Made by a program: the position numbers and the translations under genes | Shown: positions 60,577-64,000 of the stretch, piece by piece | Position numbering within the stretch: the stretch's first letter is position 1 | How the letters are laid out: the number at the start of each line of letters is the position of its first letter | The notes under the pieces: model-generated | Databases searched by the model: none | Told to the model about the DNA's origin: nothing | What the model saw: only the letters and a program-made list of their open reading frames with translations | DNA from: Scyliorhinus canicula | Lineage: Eukaryota | Direction: 5' to 3' | Assembly: GCF_902713615.1 (NCBI RefSeq) | Contig: NC_052160.1 | Coordinates: forward strand, 35,145,202-35,209,201 | DNA length: 64,000 bases

Positions 60577-61310
60577 GGGCGGGATTCTCCGACCCCCCGC
60601 TGGGTCGGAGAATCGGCGGGGGTCGGCGTCAATCCCGTCCCTGCCGGCCGGCGAATTCTCCAGCCCTCCAAAAGTCGGCGAGGCGTGAGTCGCGCCGCCC
60701 GCCCCGGAGAATGGCGGGAACCGGCGTGACTCAATGGGCCCCGGGGCTGCCCGAAGTCTCTGGCCCACGATGGGTAGAAGTTCCGCTGGTTTTTTGCCGG
60801 TCCCGCCGGTGTGGATCAGACTAGGTCCCTTACCGGCGGGACCTGGTGGCGTGGGCGGGCTCCGGTGTCCTGGGGGGGGGGGGGCGCGGGGCGATCTGGC
60901 CCTGGGGGGTGCCCCCACGGTAGCCTGGCCCGTGATCAGGACCCACCAATCGGCGGGCGGGCCTGTGCCGTGGGGCACTCTTTTACTATGCGTCAGCCGT
61001 GTCAGCCTCCGCAATGGCCGACGCGTAGGTGACCCCCGCCCTGCGCATGCGCGGGGATGACGTCAGCAGCCACTGACGCACCCACGCATGCGCAGACTCT
61101 CACCGGCCGGCGGGGTTCCTTTGGCCCCGGCTGGCGTGGTGTCAAAGGCCTTCCACGCCGGCCGGCAGGGCACAAACCACTCTGTCGCCGGCCTAGCCCC
61201 TGAAGGTGCGGAGGATTCCACTCCTTTCGGGTGGGCCAATGCCGCAGTGGTTCACGCCACTCCGTCCCGCCGGGACCCCCCGCCCCGCTGGGTATGGGAG
61301 AATCCCGCCC
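60577..61310. mobile_element. Young CpG-rich Harbinger-like MITE (734 bp)
   Basis: Perfect 14-bp TIR GGGCGGGATTCTCC and exact AAT TSD. Removing it restores CR1 SGVPQGSILGPQLF. Confidence 0.95.
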
Positions 61311-61341
61311 AATACTTGGGCCTCAGCTATTTCCAATCCAT

Positions 61342-61536
61342 GGGCGAGATTCCTTGGCCTCACACTTTTCTGTGTTTCTTGACCACGGGAGGTGGCCCGC
61401 AGTTGGCCGGCAGCAAGATCTTCTGGTCCCATCACTGTCAATGGGATTCGCCACTGAATTCCATCCCATGCTGCTGGGAAACTGTCGGCGGGACCGGAGA
61501 TCACACCGGTGTGAACAGCCGGAAGATTTTCTTCCA
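61342..61536. mobile_element. Family A-like MITE
   Basis: Left TIR GGGCGAGATTCC, central CAATGGGATTCGCCACTG and CAT on both flanks. Confidence 0.75.
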
Positions 61537-61621
61537 CATCATGATGAGGGGATTGAATGTAATGTATCCGAGTTTGCTGATAATACAAAGTTGGATGGAA
61601 AGTAAACTGTGAGGAGGATCA

Positions 61622-61878
61622 TTGGATTTGATTTGTTTATTGTCACGTTTACTGAGGTACAGTGAAAAGTATTTTTCTGCGAGCAGCTCAAACAGCTCAT
61701 TTAGTACATGAAAATAAAAGAAAAGAAAAAAAAAACACTTAATAGGGCAAGGTACACAATGTAAATAGACAGATACCGACATCGGGTGAAGCAGACAGAA
61801 GAGTAGTATTAATCAGGTCAGTCCATAAGAGGGGTGTTTAGGAGTCTGGTATCAGTGGGGAAGAAGCTATTTTTGAAT
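61622..61878 (-). mobile_element. LINE 3' end (Rex1/Babar-like)
   Basis: Same terminal block as 57038, extending into NSFFPTDTRLLN-like coding on the minus strand. Confidence 0.75.
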
Positions 61879-64000
61879 TGGGGGTGAGTCTAGCAATGTA
61901 TAAGCTGAGTATGTAAGCTTCGATCTTATTGAACAGTGGGAGAGGATCGAAGGGCCAATGATCTACTCCTCCTCTTACTTCTTATGTTCTTAACATCCTT
62001 CAGTATTCTTTGTCAATAAAATTTGATTCCAGAAATGGTTTTGTCTCCACTGATGTAGAGCAACACTTTCACTCTCTTCCTCTTAATAAATAACCAGTAT
62101 TTCCCATTATGTAAATCTGCCTTAATATTCACTAATCAATTCAGTTTTCAACAGGAGAGAATTCACAGTATTATTCTTGGTGCTTAACGTGTTCTCATTT
62201 GGAGATGCTTAGTGGTAACCTTTCAGCAAATGCCACATATCACTTGTCGGATATTGCAGAAATGCAACCAGAGCAGTACTTCATTTTGTCTTGTATTGAA
62301 GTGAAAATCTTCTGTCATAACAGAAAGGGACCAATAAAATGGGTGGGTGAGATTGCATGAGCGAATACAGAAAACCAATCATCTTTCTGACTTCCCAGAT
62401 GTGTACGTTAAAGCCAAGAAACAATATTCATGCTCCAAACAACTGCTGATTTTCAGTTGGATGAAGATATTACTGCTTTTTCTGTTACAACACACTAACA
62501 ACATTTGAACAAAACCAACAAATAGGCAATATAAAAGGGGCTATTTTTTTCCTCCAATTCCTTTCTGCTATGCACCATATACGGTACGAGGGCAAATGGT
62601 CTCCATTCAGTGCAAAAGGAAACCAATAATTACATTGCTAATTAACTGAAAATGATGGGAAAAGGCCATAACACATGTCACTTTAATTATAAATCCTTTA
62701 ACATTTTGCTAAAATCACAAGGATAACAGCTGAATAACGAAACCGTTCCTTTAATGATTATTTAATAATTGATGGCAGTTCATGAATAATCAAATCTATA
62801 TTTTCATTGATGTTGCACTACCACAGCCTGCATTTGACAAAATTTGCAAATTAATTCCTAACAAAAGTAGAATTTTTAATAGGCAATCAATCATCCCATA
62901 GATATTGATGGGAAGAAAGAGAAGGGCAATCTCATAATTTCCTTCTTTAGGGCTCAAAGCCATTTAGCACAAGATTTTAGAATCTATCTAAAGTGTCAGC
63001 TCTACTTATCAAATTTGTTAAACAAGCCCTAGTTTACTTCCATTGTTCCTAATACAATTTGTTTAACAAGTAATAAGGGGATCTGCCATTAATTGACTAC
63101 AGCTACAGTGACCCCACTGACAAATGACAAGCTGCATTTAAGCTATGTTTACCATCTGGCTGCATATTATGTATGAGATAAAGCTTCTAATTATTTTTGC
63201 ACTGAAAGGGATTTTTAATAATTGAACAGAATTAACTCTTCCAGAGTAAGGCTTTTTTGTACTTGGAATTTGTGGTTACTATTTAGATAGCCTTAACCAC
63301 TCCGTCAACCTTACTGTTAAATTTACACTCCCTTCATAATTACGAAACATCAAAAACATTTAAATCCTAGTTAGAACAATTGTGAACATTGTTACAACAA
63401 TTATAAAATTGGGTATAGCACCATGCATGATATGGTAAAAATCATTTGTCTAGTTGAGAATGGTTAAGAATATAAATTGTGCAGCTGTTGTGTGACAGGC
63501 TCAGCAGATGTGTACACAATCTATAAGCTGTAAAGGAAACTCAGTATCCCAAGTAGATTGGAAAATGAAAAAAAAAATGTATTTTGAGCAAAGAGCAAAG
63601 TGAAGATGAAGGCTTATTTTCATATTCTTGCTGTCATTTATCTTGTTCATCATTTGCTCCTGTTGTCTTTCAATGTGCCTCTTCAGATGTGTGCATGGAA
63701 GAAAGCAACCATGGACCTCTTGCCTTGCAAAATCACAGACCTACTAAAGGTTTCCCTCACAAACTTGCAAAATCGGAACACTGCTTTCCAAAACCTTGCT
63801 TAAAATTGGGGTAACAATGTCTAATTGGTGTTGGGATACATTTTGACTCTGGAGTGTTGGAATATTGATTTTATTTTAAGATAATTGACAGAGAACCAAA
63901 GAGAAAATGAGGAGAATTGTTTTTTTGACAGTGAGTTGACTGGAACCTGCTGGCAAAAGTGATATAAGTAGATTCAGTAGCACCTTTCAAAGGGGAATTG

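Larger units (their letters stand above)
60350..61620 (+). mobile_element. CR1 RT fragment interrupted by two MITEs
   Basis: LDFQKRS, then VTSGVPQGS[insert]ILGPQLF[insert]DEGIECNVSEFADNTKL. Confidence 0.88.

Noticed and set aside
60490-61612. Cluster of overlapping ORFs up to 174 aa on both strands
   Set aside because: By-product of a very GC-rich MITE with few stop codons.
1-64000. CRISPR array, rRNA or prokaryote-type operon
   Set aside because: No regularly spaced repeat-spacer array or rRNA motifs; the sequence is eukaryotic repeat-rich DNA.

Overview
Vertebrate nuclear DNA, almost certainly from a shark (cartilaginous fish). The evidence is HE1/V-SINE-like repeats, CR1 LINE 3' ends and a shark-type C2H2 zinc-finger exon. 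I found no intact host protein-coding gene, so the window looks intergenic or deep-intronic, and most of it is transposon-derived. Main contents: (1) a complete 3.7-kb hAT transposon (37578-41301) with perfect 16-bp TIRs, a perfect 8-bp TSD and a transposase broken by three frameshifts and one stop; (2) a large family of PIF/Harbinger-type elements with ~14-bp GGGCxGxATTCTCC-like TIRs and 3-bp TSDs. These include MITEs, three decayed Myb/SANT genes (two with a clear intron) and a four-level nest at 35.8-41.7 kb, and some insertions appear sequence-targeted, including into each other's subterminal ends; (3) eight solo LTRs, several with exact TSDs, plus Gypsy gag and pol remnants; (4) CR1, L1/Tx1-like, L2-like, Rex-like and Penelope-like fragments; (5) modular SINEs whose tRNA-like heads are joined to different LINE-derived tails; (6) a probable processed zinc-finger pseudogene that splits a SINE. 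A few TE-free, TAAT-rich islands are candidate conserved non-coding elements. Family names come from recognising sequence, not from database searches.
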